Assembly: GCA_005110385.1 (NCBI GenBank)
Contig: DUDT01000021.1
Span: 45,420 to 109,419, forward strand
Length of the DNA: 64,000 nucleotides
Direction of reading: 5' to 3'
Origin: Candidatus Melainabacteria bacterium
GTDB taxonomy: Bacteria > Cyanobacteriota > Vampirovibrionia > LMEP-6097
The first letter of the stretch is position 1, and every line of letters starts with the position of its first letter. Positions 1-10,321 of the stretch are shown piece after piece. The notes under the pieces were generated by a model. The model did not search any database and was not told the DNA's origin. It saw nothing but the letters and a program-made list of their open reading frames with translations. A program made the translations under genes and the position numbers.

Positions 1-16
1 CGGACTAGGTTGTTCT

Positions 17-661
17 GTGGAGTACACTAGAGCTTTAGCTGAGCTTATAGAAGAATTTAATAAATTTCCAGGTGTTGGCCCTAAATCTGCTCAGAGAATG
101 GCTTTCTCCTTATTAAAAAAATCGACTGAACAAGTACAGCATTTTCTTGAAGTGGTACGCACGGCTAAAAATGATATTAAATATTGTAAATATTGCTTTA
201 ATTTAACTTCTAATGAGGTCTGTGAGATCTGTTTAAATAATCAACGCGATGAGAACCTTTTATGTGTAGTCGCGGAGGTAAAGGATCTTATCGCTATAGA
301 AAAAACCCGAGAGTTTAGAGGAAAATATCATGTCTTAGGTGGTTTAATTTCACCTCTAGATGGTATTTCTAGTGTTGATTTAAATATTAATCCTTTAGTA
401 GAACGCCTTAAGCTTATGGAAGGAGAGATAGAGTTAATTTTTGCTATCAGCCCAAGTACTGAAGGTGAGGCGACTATGCTCTTTTTAAAAAGGGCTTTAT
501 CGCAGTTAAATATAGGTACTGTTGTAGGGGATGCTGATGCGAGGCTGAATAGATCTATTTTAGTCACTCGCCTTGCTTATGGTTTACCATTGGGCTCGGA
601 TTTAGATTATGCTGATGAGCTTACTATAGTGAAGGCTTTAGAAGCTCGGGTGAGTATATAG
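17..661 (+). CDS. recR: Recombination mediator RecR
   Basis: GVGPKSAQRMAF HhH, CxxC-CxxC zinc finger, Toprim segment YHVLGGLISPLDG, and C-terminal VTRLAYGLPLG..DYAD. Confidence 0.97.
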   Translation: MEYTRALAELIEEFNKFPGVGPKSAQRMAFSLLKKSTEQVQHFLEVVRTAKNDIKYCKYCFNLTSNEVCEICLNNQRDENLLCVVAEVKDLIAIEKTREFRGKYHVLGGLISPLDGISSVDLNINPLVERLKLMEGEIELIFAISPSTEGEATMLFLKRALSQLNIGTVVGDADARLNRSILVTRLAYGLPLGSDLDYADELTIVKALEARVSI

Positions 662-664
662 GCA

Positions 665-785
665 GAGACCGCTGCACAACTCCATTTTCTGCGTTTTCGT
701 CGTCCTCATGATCCTCATGTACGTTAAGTACACTGCGGTCATTCGTCCTCCTCAGCCTTGAAACTGCACGTTGTGCAGCGGTCTC
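665..785. repeat. Full 121-bp palindromic element, copy A
   Basis: Perfect 16-bp TIR gagaccgctgcacaac (665-680) / gttgtgcagcggtctc (770-785). The 89-bp interior matches 62052-62140 in reverse orientation with 7 mismatches. Confidence 0.95.
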
Positions 786-798
786 GCTATGCTAAAAT
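771..798 (+). promoter_or_regulatory. Putative sigma70-type promoter for gatC-pyrG, with the -35 inside the repeat TIR
   Basis: TTGTGC (771-776), 16-bp spacer, TG-c-TAAAAT (790-798), 8 bp before the gatC ATG. Confidence 0.4.
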
Positions 799-806
799 CG
801 TAAGAC

Positions 807-1118
807 ATGAGCATTGAGAAAGAGCAAGTGCGGAAGATAGCTAACTTAGCGAAACTTTCATTAACCGAGGAAGAGCTTGATGAGCAGTCTGGAAACCTTT
901 CTAGGATTCTTGATTATGTAGCGACTCTAAGTGAAATGAATACTAAGAATATTCAACCTTTGACAGGTCCTCTCGATTTAGCACATGTCGTCAGAGAAGA
1001 TGAACCATTAGCTAGTTCTAAAGAATTACTAGAATCCATGATAGCTAATTTACCCGATAAAGAAGAAATTCAAGAAGGCATCGGTATTAAAGTACCTAAA
1101 ATGGTGAGTTCTAATTAA
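807..1118 (+). CDS. gatC: Asp-tRNA(Asn)/Glu-tRNA(Gln) amidotransferase subunit C
   Basis: [21 protein letters not shown]...ILDYV, VREDEP and VPK motifs. Confidence 0.93.
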   Translation: MSIEKEQVRKIANLAKLSLTEEELDEQSGNLSRILDYVATLSEMNTKNIQPLTGPLDLAHVVREDEPLASSKELLESMIANLPDKEEIQEGIGIKVPKMVSSN

Positions 1119-1135
1119 GTTTAGGTTCTAAAAAG

Positions 1136-2812
1136 ATGACGAAGTATATTTTTGTTACCGGTGGTGTAGTAAGTAGTTTAGGGAAAGGTATAGTTTCTGC
1201 TAGCTTAGGTAGGTTACTAAAATCTAGAGGCTATAAGGTTTCTATACAGAAATTAGACCCCTATCTAAATGTAGATCCTGGTACTATGTCGCCATATCAG
1301 CATGGTGAAGTTTTTGTGACCGATGATGGAGCGGAGACAGATTTAGATCTTGGTCATTATGAGCGTTTTATTGACGAGAATTTACAGAAAAATAATAGTG
1401 TTACTGCTGGGAAAATCTATTCAGATGTAATCTCTAAAGAGCGTCGTGGCGAGTATCTTGGTGGAACAGTACAGATGGTGCCCCACGTTACTAATGAGAT
1501 TAAAGACCGTATTAGAAAGGCAGCTGAAAAGTCTTCAGCGGATGTTCTTATCGTAGAAGTAGGTGGTACTGTAGGTGATATAGAAAGTTCTATATTTTTA
1601 GAAGCTATAAGGCAGTTTAAGAAAGATGCCGGTAAAAATAACTCACTTTATATTCATGTCACCCTAGTTCCTAATATTAAAGTTACTAATGAGCTGAAAA
1701 CTAAACCCACACAGCATAGCGTAGAATTATTGCGCTCTAAAGGTATTCATCCTAATATACTCATACTCCGTTCTGAGCAGGATGTCCCAGAGAGCTTAAG
1801 AGAGAAGCTGAGCCTGTTTACTGATGTACCTTTTTCTAATATTATTGAAAGCTCAGATTGCACTAGTATCTATGAGGTGCCGCTAATGCTTGAGAATAAA
1901 GGTTTAGCGAATAGAGTTTTAGATGAATTAGGCTTAGAGAATAGTGAGCCTAATTTAACTAGCTGGAAGGAAACGGTTAGTAAAATTAAAAGTAAGCCAG
2001 ACCGTAAGCTGAGAATCGCTTTAGTCGGAAAATATATTAAACTGTCAGATGCTTATATATCTGTAATAGAGTCATTGAGGCATGCTTCTGCGGAGTTTGG
2101 CCAGCAGTTTGAGTTGGTTATGGTGCTTTCTGATGATATTAATTCGTTAGAAGATGCGAATAAGGCTTTAGCAGATATAGATGCCATCTGTATTCCAGGT
2201 GGTTTCGGAGATAGAGGTATAGAAGGGAAACTTGTCGCAATACAGTATGCTCGGCTCAATAAGATCCCTTTACTTGGCCTCTGTTTAGGTCTTCAGTGTT
2301 TAGTTATAGAATATGCTCGTAATGTCTTGGGCTTAGAGAACGCTAACAGTATAGAATTTAATACTCGTACGCCAGACCCAGTGATTCATTTGATGCATGA
2401 TCAGAAGAATGTCCAAGATAAAGGCGGAACTATGCGTTTAGGCTCATACCCTTGTCATTTGGTGACCAATACTAAAGCCTATGAAGCCTATCAGCGTGTT
2501 GGACAGCTATCAAGTAGTTCTGCTGGTGAACCTTTGATTAATGAAAGGCATCGCCATCGCTATGAATTTAATAATAAATATAAGAATATGCTTGAAGCGG
2601 AGGGTCTTAAAGTCTCAGGATTATCTCCAGATGCTTCTTTAGTGGAGATAGTAGAGATAGTGGATCATCCATTTATGCTGGCTTGTCAGTTTCATCCTGA
2701 ATTCAAATCAAGACCAGACAGACCTCATCCATTATTCTTAGCCTTAGTAGAAGCTGCGACTAAGATTAAGTCTGAGACTGCTATTGAATTTAAGAAAGAT
2801 CTTATTTCTTAG
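1136..2812 (+). CDS. pyrG: CTP synthase
   Basis: [37 protein letters not shown] and QFHPEF motifs. Confidence 0.99.
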   Translation: MTKYIFVTGGVVSSLGKGIVSASLGRLLKSRGYKVSIQKLDPYLNVDPGTMSPYQHGEVFVTDDGAETDLDLGHYERFIDENLQKNNSVTAGKIYSDVISKERRGEYLGGTVQMVPHVTNEIKDRIRKAAEKSSADVLIVEVGGTVGDIESSIFLEAIRQFKKDAGKNNSLYIHVTLVPNIKVTNELKTKPTQHSVELLRSKGIHPNILILRSEQDVPESLREKLSLFTDVPFSNIIESSDCTSIYEVPLMLENKGLANRVLDELGLENSEPNLTSWKETVSKIKSKPDRKLRIALVGKYIKLSDAYISVIESLRHASAEFGQQFELVMVLSDDINSLEDANKALADIDAICIPGGFGDRGIEGKLVAIQYARLNKIPLLGLCLGLQCLVIEYARNVLGLENANSIEFNTRTPDPVIHLMHDQKNVQDKGGTMRLGSYPCHLVTNTKAYEAYQRVGQLSSSSAGEPLINERHRHRYEFNNKYKNMLEAEGLKVSGLSPDASLVEIVEIVDHPFMLACQFHPEFKSRPDRPHPLFLALVEAATKIKSETAIEFKKDLIS

Positions 2813-2839
2813 ATTTTGGAGTTCGGCTACACGTCCATT

Positions 2840-5800
2840 TTATTCGACAGCTGCCTCCATTTCATATCTAGAAGTATCATTAATATATTTTTCCCAATCC
2901 CAGTTACTAGCTTCAAACATTTGCATAATGTAAAGTAGAATAGCTATTTCTTGAATGCTTTTTCCTTCTACCCCTATGCTACGTATGTTAGTTGTTTGAT
3001 CTGCTTTACTACTAAGTGCAAAATTAGCAAGAGTAGCACTAGGAATGGGGGTGGCTCCAGTGTATTTTGCGGGATTTATTGCGTCACCTATGCTACGACG
3101 CTCAGCCAGGATTTCTAATCTTAGGTTGGTATTAGGGTAGTTATTAGTACCGTAAGTAATCCCCATTCCAGCGTCTACTAAACTTGGGTGATTAGGGATA
3201 AGAGTAGCTGGATTCTCCGCTACTGCCTTGGCAATTAGTAGAGCATCAGGTATTCCACCAGTTTCACCCAGCAGATTTTTAATCATTATTCTATAGAGAC
3301 CCCCTTCTTTAGGACGCGGTGGTGCTGCTGCTTCTGCTGCTGCGAGTGCTGTGAGTAGAGTGTCAATGTTATTAACAATTTTTTCATAAGGATTAGCTAA
3401 GACTGGAACACCAGCTATAATCGTTCCGAAGTTTTTAAATGAGTTACTGCCGACACGGCTAGGTAGATTAGGAGGAACTGGCAAAGGAACTGGTTCGTCA
3501 TATGTAATTTCTGTTGCGGTATCGGTTCCAAAGATATTAACTCCAAAAACCGGTAAGTTACTGTTATCTAAAGGCCTACCAAAACGGTCTTGATTAGGAG
3601 GGATGGGAACAAGAACTCTAGTATCATTTGTGATAGCTGTAAATGCAAGACCAGTAGGATAAAAAATATTCTGGTGAAAATAATTCTTTAATTCTGATGC
3701 AGATAAATTCTCATCGATTCTTTGCCCTAAGCCTTTACCCGATGTTCTGAGATCATCAAGAGTTTCAAGTTTGCTTTTATTGACTACTACTGCTGCCCTT
3801 GAGGCTTTAAGAAAGGCGTTTATTGTCGAGGGGTCTGTACCACCACCTTCTTGAATATGGTCTAAGATATTTATATCTGCTTCAAGACTATCTTTTCCTC
3901 CTAAAGCACCATCGGCAATAACTGAGAAAGAGTTATTTTTTAACCATAGGTCAAAAACTTTAAGCTGTTGTTTAATGACGGGGCTTTTAGAGGCTTGCAT
4001 ATCTTTATAAACTTCATTTAAAGCAACAAGGAAATCACGAGCTTTTGTTAATCCAGATGTAGTACCTACCGTAGTAAACGGTGGAAAATCTCCAGGCGCT
4101 ATTTTAGTTGCTAATAATGCTTGTATATTCCAGCCTTGATTACCAGTTGTGGCTGGTGCTATATTAGGACCACTGATGGAAAGAGGGTTTGCTGGGTCTA
4201 AATATTGCAGATTAGCCTCATAGCCGCTGTATTGATATAATCCATCTTTAGGTGCACTAACTGGTCTATGCATTAAATCTATAATTTGAGTATCAGTTTT
4301 AATTTGTCTTCTATTAAATATCTTTAGTAATCCTGCTTCAAAATCATCACTTGTTGTTGTTTGATTTTCGATTTGAGTCAATAGATGAAGAGTCGAGTAG
4401 ACTTCTGATTCTGGTCCAGTTTTAGGTTTTTTAATTTCACTTGCTAAAGACACCTCTAAGGCATTTATATTTTCAGTTATTGGTGCTAATTCTTTTACGG
4501 TTGTGACTATGGCTTGAAACTCTGGAGAGTTGATAATGCCAGTTGGACTAGTGTCGCTAGCTAGAGATTCTATGTATTGCGTGAGAGTCTGAGCGGGAGG
4601 GGGAGGGGTACCAGGGAATACTAAAGCTGGAGTTACAAAAGCAGCGAGTGAAGGATTTTCCGGAGTACCACCAGAAAGTGTATTAAAAAGTACATTAAAA
4701 TGCTGCATTTTGCGAACATAGAGTTTTTTATTTTCGATGGTAAATTTACTATCTGCAGGAGGGCCAACAAATCTCATTTGAAATTCTAAGTCGCTTAAGG
4801 AATTAGGGAAGCCGAGATTAGTATCAGGATTAGTAGTAACATTACCAAGTGCGTCAAGATAGTCGCCTGCAGCATTGCGAAAAGCAACATCACCACCTGT
4901 AAAATCTTTATCACATCCCATTATTTCTCTCAGCGTGAAGGAGTCAGCTTTAGAGTTATCTACTGTACTGTTGAGGGCTAAGGGATTTGTTGATGCTGTA
5001 AGATCGTCAAGGCGAGTGATGGCTGGATTATTAATATCAGCGTCAGTGTCTGGAGGGTAAGCGTAAGTCGTTACAGGGCTGATCAGGTTTTTATATCTAA
5101 TGTGGTTTTTTATACCCGATGCACCCGTGAGAGTATAGCTATCTGGATAGGGCGGACCAGCTGCATCGGTTATTGGTTGTCCTTCTAGGAAAAACTCTAA
5201 AAGCTCTTTTCTTGCTGCTTTAATATCTGCTTGATTTGCAGGAGGGAGACTAGTAAGTGGTAATAAACCCACATCGGAATCAATAAGCCTCTGTTTTATA
5301 GTAGTTCTTTCTACTGCATCTAATTCTAATGGGTTAATGCCTGTCCAAACGGTGCTGAGGGGATTTTTAAGTTCAGTAAAATTAAGTTGAGCACGTGAAT
5401 TTAGTGAGAGTATTGGATCATTTGCTAGGGTGATATCTCTAGGAGGTGTTTCATTTTTGGCATTATTTAAATTGGTTTGAAAGTCACTAATAAAAGTCTC
5501 AATATTTCCAATATGTGTTTGGAATGTATCTATAGTGGTAATGCTCGTTAAATTAGATGGTAAAGCAGGAATCAGATTAGCTGGATCTAACGCACTGTAA
5601 GTGGTAGGAACAAGTAAATTACGATAAGGATTTAAAAGATTCGTTCTATCTAGATTGCTGATTAATACTTCACCAATCTTTTTTTGAGGGACGAGAATAT
5701 CTGAGATCAGTAAGCCATCCAGTAACTCTTCTCTCGCTTTTATAACAGCTTCGGCTTTCGCTCTATCAGCGGCGTTACCTCCGTCATCATCAGTTCTTAA

Positions 5801-8800
5801 AAGAAAAGCCATAGGCACTGTAGAAGCAGGTGGACCAGCTTCATATACATTTGCATCTAAAATTGCGTTATAGGCTACAGTAGTACCAGCAGAATCAGTA
5901 GTAAGATCGGTGAAGTTAAGTTTTGCCTTATTAATTTCAGAGAGTATGGGATCTGTTCCTATATTGACGATTCTTGGTGGTGTCTCGGTTGTGCTTGCGT
6001 TGAGCATAGCAGTTATATTCGCAGCTAAGGTACCTAAAGTATTTAAAAGATTATCTGGTACATCTACTGGAACGACATTGGTGGTTGGTAGAGAATATGT
6101 TACACCCTCAATGGTATAGTTAGATCCGTTAATAGAGAATCTTCCATCTCTGATGTCATTTATTAGGTTTTGTTGGTTAGGTGATAGTGAAGTGAAATTG
6201 AGATAACCAGGGGCATTACCTGCAGGGGGATAAGCCAGCGCACTTAGCGCATTAAGATCCACACCATTGAGTAGATTCTTTAAGGTGAGCAGCGAGCCAG
6301 TTGGGCTGAAGCTATTTAGTTTACCTTGAAGGTTTGTTAATTCAGTAAGGGTTCTATCATCTATAAAGACCATGCGCCTAGGTCTACTTCCATCTGCATC
6401 CGTTTCCTTGATAAGGGTTTGCATCGCTGTTTCTATCTGACCTGAGATCAATGAACCTACTGCAGAGACGTCTACGCTAAGGCTTCCTGTTGATATTTTA
6501 GAGATTTGTTTCAGAATATTGGTTAAATATGTCTGCGATTCTGCTGATCCAGATAGGTTCGTAGCGGTCATATCTATATTTCCTACGTTTGTGCCACCTC
6601 TGCTAACATTGTTAATACCAACAACGTCATTCTCTGCGACAAGGTCATTAACCTTATTTACTAATACTTGACCAAGTTTAGTAACTAAGATTGAGCTGCT
6701 CAAAGCTGCCATTAAAGGCTTTGGTACGCCTTTATCTTCTGGCATTGAGCCATCTGGACCTGGTTCTGATTTTTTTGCATTGAGAGAAGTATAATTTTGT
6801 TTATCTGCTTCGAAAACTTCACCAGCATAGATCTTTTCGAAAGCACTGTTTTGAGAGAATTTAGAATAATCATCAAAAGTATTTATTAAATAACTAATCT
6901 GTTGAAGACTATTTTCAGGACTCGCAGCGTTGGTTTTAGTATCTTCATGCATCTCAAGAAAACTCTTTACTAATGCAGGGCTTGGCTTATCTCCATAACC
7001 AGCAATGGAAGTCTGTAGAGTTAGTGTAACATCTAGCCCTGTATTAGGGTCGATTACGTTCGAGCTTGTTGGTCTTGGAATCTTAGGTACATCCTGTTCA
7101 ACTGATGAAACACGATCTTTCATATTATCGATGATTTTATCTAATGATTTATAGAGTTGAATTGCTCTGGAGAAATTCGTCTGATCACTCAGATCCCCGA
7201 ATATAGCAGATTCGCTTCCAGCGGTAAAGCCTGCTGTTGTCCAGCTTGGATAAGTTCCAAGAATAGTAGGGTCAGTAAGAAAACTACCCATCTCATTATA
7301 TAGAGTAGATAAATTATTTGTGATTACGAACGGAATCTCATCGCTTAAATAAGTCCTTATGTGCTTAGTTAATGCTAATTTAGTGGCTTTAAAGAACTGA
7401 TCAAAATCCCGGACATCCATGATTGGAAAACCTGCTGGTAAACCATTTTTGGCATCAGTACCATTAAGGGTATTATTGGCTTCATCACTACCACTGATGG
7501 GAGGATTGTTTGCAGGATCATAATAGTACATAGCAGGCAAGAATTTATCTTTAGTGTTCGCCCAAGCATTAGGTAAGAAATGTTTGCTAGGATCTGCTGG
7601 ATTAGGTGAAAGACCATAATCTTCCTTTCTAACAGCAGTTTGATTAAATAGATCTAAGGTAAATTGGCTTTCTGCAGATTCAGGAATACCTCTTATAAGA
7701 GTGTTTTTGATTTGAGAAGTTATATCATCTACTGATGAATTTATATTTTGGAATAATGATTTTTGAACCTCGGCATTTTCTCCGGTGGTTTTTAGTAATT
7801 TTCCTGAAAATAAATCGACTAGGGTCCTTTTATCTTCTACATAGCGACTTGCGGTAATGTCGAAATTTTCAAGAAATAAATCCATTAATTGCGTCATTTG
7901 CGTATTCACAGGATCTACAGAGCTTCGTAAATATCCTGATGGAGCGACATCATCTAGAAGTTTCTTAAATTCAACTACAATTTTTTTCCCCTTAGTTGCT
8001 GGATCATCAACTTCTTGAATGTAAGGGTTTTGCGATGGTTCTAAGTTATTCAGAGCTTCATGAATTAAGAAGTTCTTCGTAGATATTGCAGCATCCTTTT
8101 TCCCAAACGTGGAAGTTATGGAGGCATTAATATAAGATTGAGTGTAATATTGGGTAATCCTCTCAACATAATTAGGATTAGCTGTAGTATTCCAGTTTGT
8201 TAATGTAGCATTGACGTCGGCGGGAATAAGACCAGTCGCATTAGAAATTAAACTCGTTAAAGTTCCTGGCTCAGTAGGTTTAAAGACACCGTAAGAACCA
8301 TCATAATTACTATAGTCTATTGTGCCGTTAGTGGATTTACTGAGGAAAAAAGACGGCGGTGTAGGTAAACTTGCAGTACTTAAATTGCGAGATGGTGCTG
8401 GGACACTGTCATACCAAGCTTTACTCTCTGTGAAATAATTACCAGCGATACTTTTGAGGCTATTGCGAGCTGCTTGAGCAGTTATATTATTAAGATTTCT
8501 AATACTATTAGAATCTGCAAAGGTAACAGACCCTACCAGTTTTTGCTGAGTAATTGCTATTGCGACCATGTCATAGAAAACTTCTTCAGGATCTCTTAGT
8601 CCGGCTGGGTCATTCCAGTAAGGACTATTCGGATCAATCCGCTTATTTTGATAATTATAAAGATCTTGTTTGTATGCTGCGTCAGTTGTTCCACCAGGGT
8701 AGTCATCAGGATCAGGAACATTTTCTACAGCCCCAAAGACAGGCAATTTTTTATTACCTATAAGATAAAATTCAGGCTGTTTGTAAGAATCATGGACAGC

Positions 8801-9481
8801 TTCATCATCTAGTGTATTGGGATCATCGACTGCACTGTTGTCATTGTAAAAATTATCACCGTCATCAAGTAGTTCTGCTACACCTTCTATATTAATGTTA
8901 ATGTTAAGAGCAGAATTATTGTCTATAGTCTTAGTGGAATCAATTTCATCGGATGCCGCATCGACCATTTTAAAAGCAGCTGTGCCGACTGTATTGAAAA
9001 AAACATCTTTATCAAGAATGTTAATAGGTGAGCCCGAAGCACCGTTATACCACTGTTCATATTTCCAAGTGCCGCCGAATTGATCTTTAGGGGCTGTAGG
9101 GGCTTTTGATATATCGGTTATACTATCATTTAGAGTACTTGAAAAAAGATTAGTAAGACCGGCTTTTAAACTCGCTGAGACATCTGTCTGTTGTAATCTT
9201 CCCTGTAACTCTAAATTAATCTCTCTTAGCCTGTCTGCGACAGGTTGGAAATAATAAGTAGTACCTTTATCCCAGAAGGCCCCCTGACTATTTGCTACTT
9301 GAAAGGGTTTTAAAGTTTCTACAGTACCATCATCAAGAATTAACTGTTTATCCTTAATGGTTTCAGATGAAAAAAGTCCGTCTAAATAGGAAACTATATC
9401 TTGACTTTGCTTATCAAGATTATTAAGCGACGTTGAAACTACGTCCTTAGTTTCATATGGATTAATAAACGGTGTTGACAT
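2840..9481 (-). CDS. Giant hypothetical protein (2213 aa) with degenerate ~178-aa internal repeats
   Basis: Uninterrupted 6.6-kb ORF rich in P/D/N/T/S. No domain or signal peptide recognised. Confidence 0.85.
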   Translation of the reverse strand: MSTPFINPYETKDVVSTSLNNLDKQSQDIVSYLDGLFSSETIKDKQLILDDGTVETLKPFQVANSQGAFWDKGTTYYFQPVADRLREINLELQGRLQQTDVSASLKAGLTNLFSSTLNDSITDISKAPTAPKDQFGGTWKYEQWYNGASGSPINILDKDVFFNTVGTAAFKMVDAASDEIDSTKTIDNNSALNININIEGVAELLDDGDNFYNDNSAVDDPNTLDDEAVHDSYKQPEFYLIGNKKLPVFGAVENVPDPDDYPGGTTDAAYKQDLYNYQNKRIDPNSPYWNDPAGLRDPEEVFYDMVAIAITQQKLVGSVTFADSNSIRNLNNITAQAARNSLKSIAGNYFTESKAWYDSVPAPSRNLSTASLPTPPSFFLSKSTNGTIDYSNYDGSYGVFKPTEPGTLTSLISNATGLIPADVNATLTNWNTTANPNYVERITQYYTQSYINASITSTFGKKDAAISTKNFLIHEALNNLEPSQNPYIQEVDDPATKGKKIVVEFKKLLDDVAPSGYLRSSVDPVNTQMTQLMDLFLENFDITASRYVEDKRTLVDLFSGKLLKTTGENAEVQKSLFQNINSSVDDITSQIKNTLIRGIPESAESQFTLDLFNQTAVRKEDYGLSPNPADPSKHFLPNAWANTKDKFLPAMYYYDPANNPPISGSDEANNTLNGTDAKNGLPAGFPIMDVRDFDQFFKATKLALTKHIRTYLSDEIPFVITNNLSTLYNEMGSFLTDPTILGTYPSWTTAGFTAGSESAIFGDLSDQTNFSRAIQLYKSLDKIIDNMKDRVSSVEQDVPKIPRPTSSNVIDPNTGLDVTLTLQTSIAGYGDKPSPALVKSFLEMHEDTKTNAASPENSLQQISYLINTFDDYSKFSQNSAFEKIYAGEVFEADKQNYTSLNAKKSEPGPDGSMPEDKGVPKPLMAALSSSILVTKLGQVLVNKVNDLVAENDVVGINNVSRGGTNVGNIDMTATNLSGSAESQTYLTNILKQISKISTGSLSVDVSAVGSLISGQIETAMQTLIKETDADGSRPRRMVFIDDRTLTELTNLQGKLNSFSPTGSLLTLKNLLNGVDLNALSALAYPPAGNAPGYLNFTSLSPNQQNLINDIRDGRFSINGSNYTIEGVTYSLPTTNVVPVDVPDNLLNTLGTLAANITAMLNASTTETPPRIVNIGTDPILSEINKAKLNFTDLTTDSAGTTVAYNAILDANVYEAGPPASTVPMAFLLRTDDDGGNAADRAKAEAVIKAREELLDGLLISDILVPQKKIGEVLISNLDRTNLLNPYRNLLVPTTYSALDPANLIPALPSNLTSITTIDTFQTHIGNIETFISDFQTNLNNAKNETPPRDITLANDPILSLNSRAQLNFTELKNPLSTVWTGINPLELDAVERTTIKQRLIDSDVGLLPLTSLPPANQADIKAARKELLEFFLEGQPITDAAGPPYPDSYTLTGASGIKNHIRYKNLISPVTTYAYPPDTDADINNPAITRLDDLTASTNPLALNSTVDNSKADSFTLREIMGCDKDFTGGDVAFRNAAGDYLDALGNVTTNPDTNLGFPNSLSDLEFQMRFVGPPADSKFTIENKKLYVRKMQHFNVLFNTLSGGTPENPSLAAFVTPALVFPGTPPPPAQTLTQYIESLASDTSPTGIINSPEFQAIVTTVKELAPITENINALEVSLASEIKKPKTGPESEVYSTLHLLTQIENQTTTSDDFEAGLLKIFNRRQIKTDTQIIDLMHRPVSAPKDGLYQYSGYEANLQYLDPANPLSISGPNIAPATTGNQGWNIQALLATKIAPGDFPPFTTVGTTSGLTKARDFLVALNEVYKDMQASKSPVIKQQLKVFDLWLKNNSFSVIADGALGGKDSLEADINILDHIQEGGGTDPSTINAFLKASRAAVVVNKSKLETLDDLRTSGKGLGQRIDENLSASELKNYFHQNIFYPTGLAFTAITNDTRVLVPIPPNQDRFGRPLDNSNLPVFGVNIFGTDTATEITYDEPVPLPVPPNLPSRVGSNSFKNFGTIIAGVPVLANPYEKIVNNIDTLLTALAAAEAAAPPRPKEGGLYRIMIKNLLGETGGIPDALLIAKAVAENPATLIPNHPSLVDAGMGITYGTNNYPNTNLRLEILAERRSIGDAINPAKYTGATPIPSATLANFALSSKADQTTNIRSIGVEGKSIQEIAILLYIMQMFEASNWDWEKYINDTSRYEMEAAVE

Positions 9482-9515
9482 ACCCTATGACCATAAATCC
9501 AAAATTAGGTTAAAT

Positions 9516-10310
9516 TCAGGTTAAAATCCCTTGTTGTCTAAAATTCAAAAGTAAAGTTTGGATTTTCTGGTTAGTATCCAGTCTTTCTTTCTCTTTAATA
9601 TTAAATTTATCCGTGAATTTTTCATATAAATCTCCGAGTCCTATGCCATATCGTAAATTATCAACTAAAAAATAGCTCCCAGGGGACAGCAGGAAATACC
9701 TTACCTTATCCTGTTTATCTCTGAAAATCAGTAAAGTTTCTTTCTGCTTTTTAAAGAAAGTGATATTATAAATTTTTCGTTTGCTATTTAAATGCTCGAC
9801 GATTTTACTTATTGGATAATCAAATTTAAAAATCTTGTGAGCCTTTATTAACTTAACGTAGTCTCCTTCACTTAAATCTTTTTTTCTTTGGGTAATTGTA
9901 AGATCCTGTGGATGAAAGTTAAAAAGATCTAATTCAGCCCATTCATATTCTGCTAATTCGTTTAACCACTTTGGAAAGTTTGCATTTCTAAATTTCATTT
10001 TAAATTTTAAACTTTTCAAATATTCGGAAAAATTTTTGGTTATTTGAAGATAAATGGCTGATTTACTTGGGAAGTTATGATAAAAATCGACGATGATTTC
10101 CCCCCAATAATCTTTAAGAATCTTGAAACAGAGTGGGAAACTTTGTTTCATTGTGATATTTATTTTTTCTAAAGCTAGGCTCTTATAAATACTAAGCTCC
10201 TTCTGTGTTTGCAGGGAAAGGATTTTAGGGTCAGCAGTTTTACCCATAAAGTATTTTTTTATTTCTTGCTGAATTTGATAAAGCTTTGCCATTAAAAGAT
10301 ATTTTCCCAA
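9516..10310 (-). CDS. DUF2063/HvfC-type MNIO partner protein (RRE-like). True start may be the ATG at 10292.
   Basis: LSIYKSL..MKQSFPLCFKIL, F..Y..P.W..ELAEYEWAELD, F.FDYPI and LLIFRD motifs, directly downstream of DUF692. Confidence 0.85.
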   Translation of the reverse strand: MGKYLLMAKLYQIQQEIKKYFMGKTADPKILSLQTQKELSIYKSLALEKINITMKQSFPLCFKILKDYWGEIIVDFYHNFPSKSAIYLQITKNFSEYLKSLKFKMKFRNANFPKWLNELAEYEWAELDLFNFHPQDLTITQRKKDLSEGDYVKLIKAHKIFKFDYPISKIVEHLNSKRKIYNITFFKKQKETLLIFRDKQDKVRYFLLSPGSYFLVDNLRYGIGLGDLYEKFTDKFNIKEKERLDTNQKIQTLLLNFRQQGILT

Positions 10311-10321
10311 TTTACTTCGGT

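Noticed and set aside
328-567. Short antisense or alternative-frame ORFs in the track (e.g. 328-567, 2053-2259, 4875-5060, 10404-10640, 22085-22498, 41025-41249, 58883-59122)
   Set aside because: They lie wholly within well-supported genes and show no family motifs, so they are treated as shadow ORFs.
2490-2540. Extra segment [15 protein letters not shown] in PyrG as an element remnant
   Set aside because: Only 11/17 similarity to a TIR end, not distinguishable from chance by eye.
4595-4616. Canonical G-quadruplex pattern (gggagggggaggggtaccaggg)
   Set aside because: It is explained by the PGTPPPP codons on the opposite strand, with no independent support.
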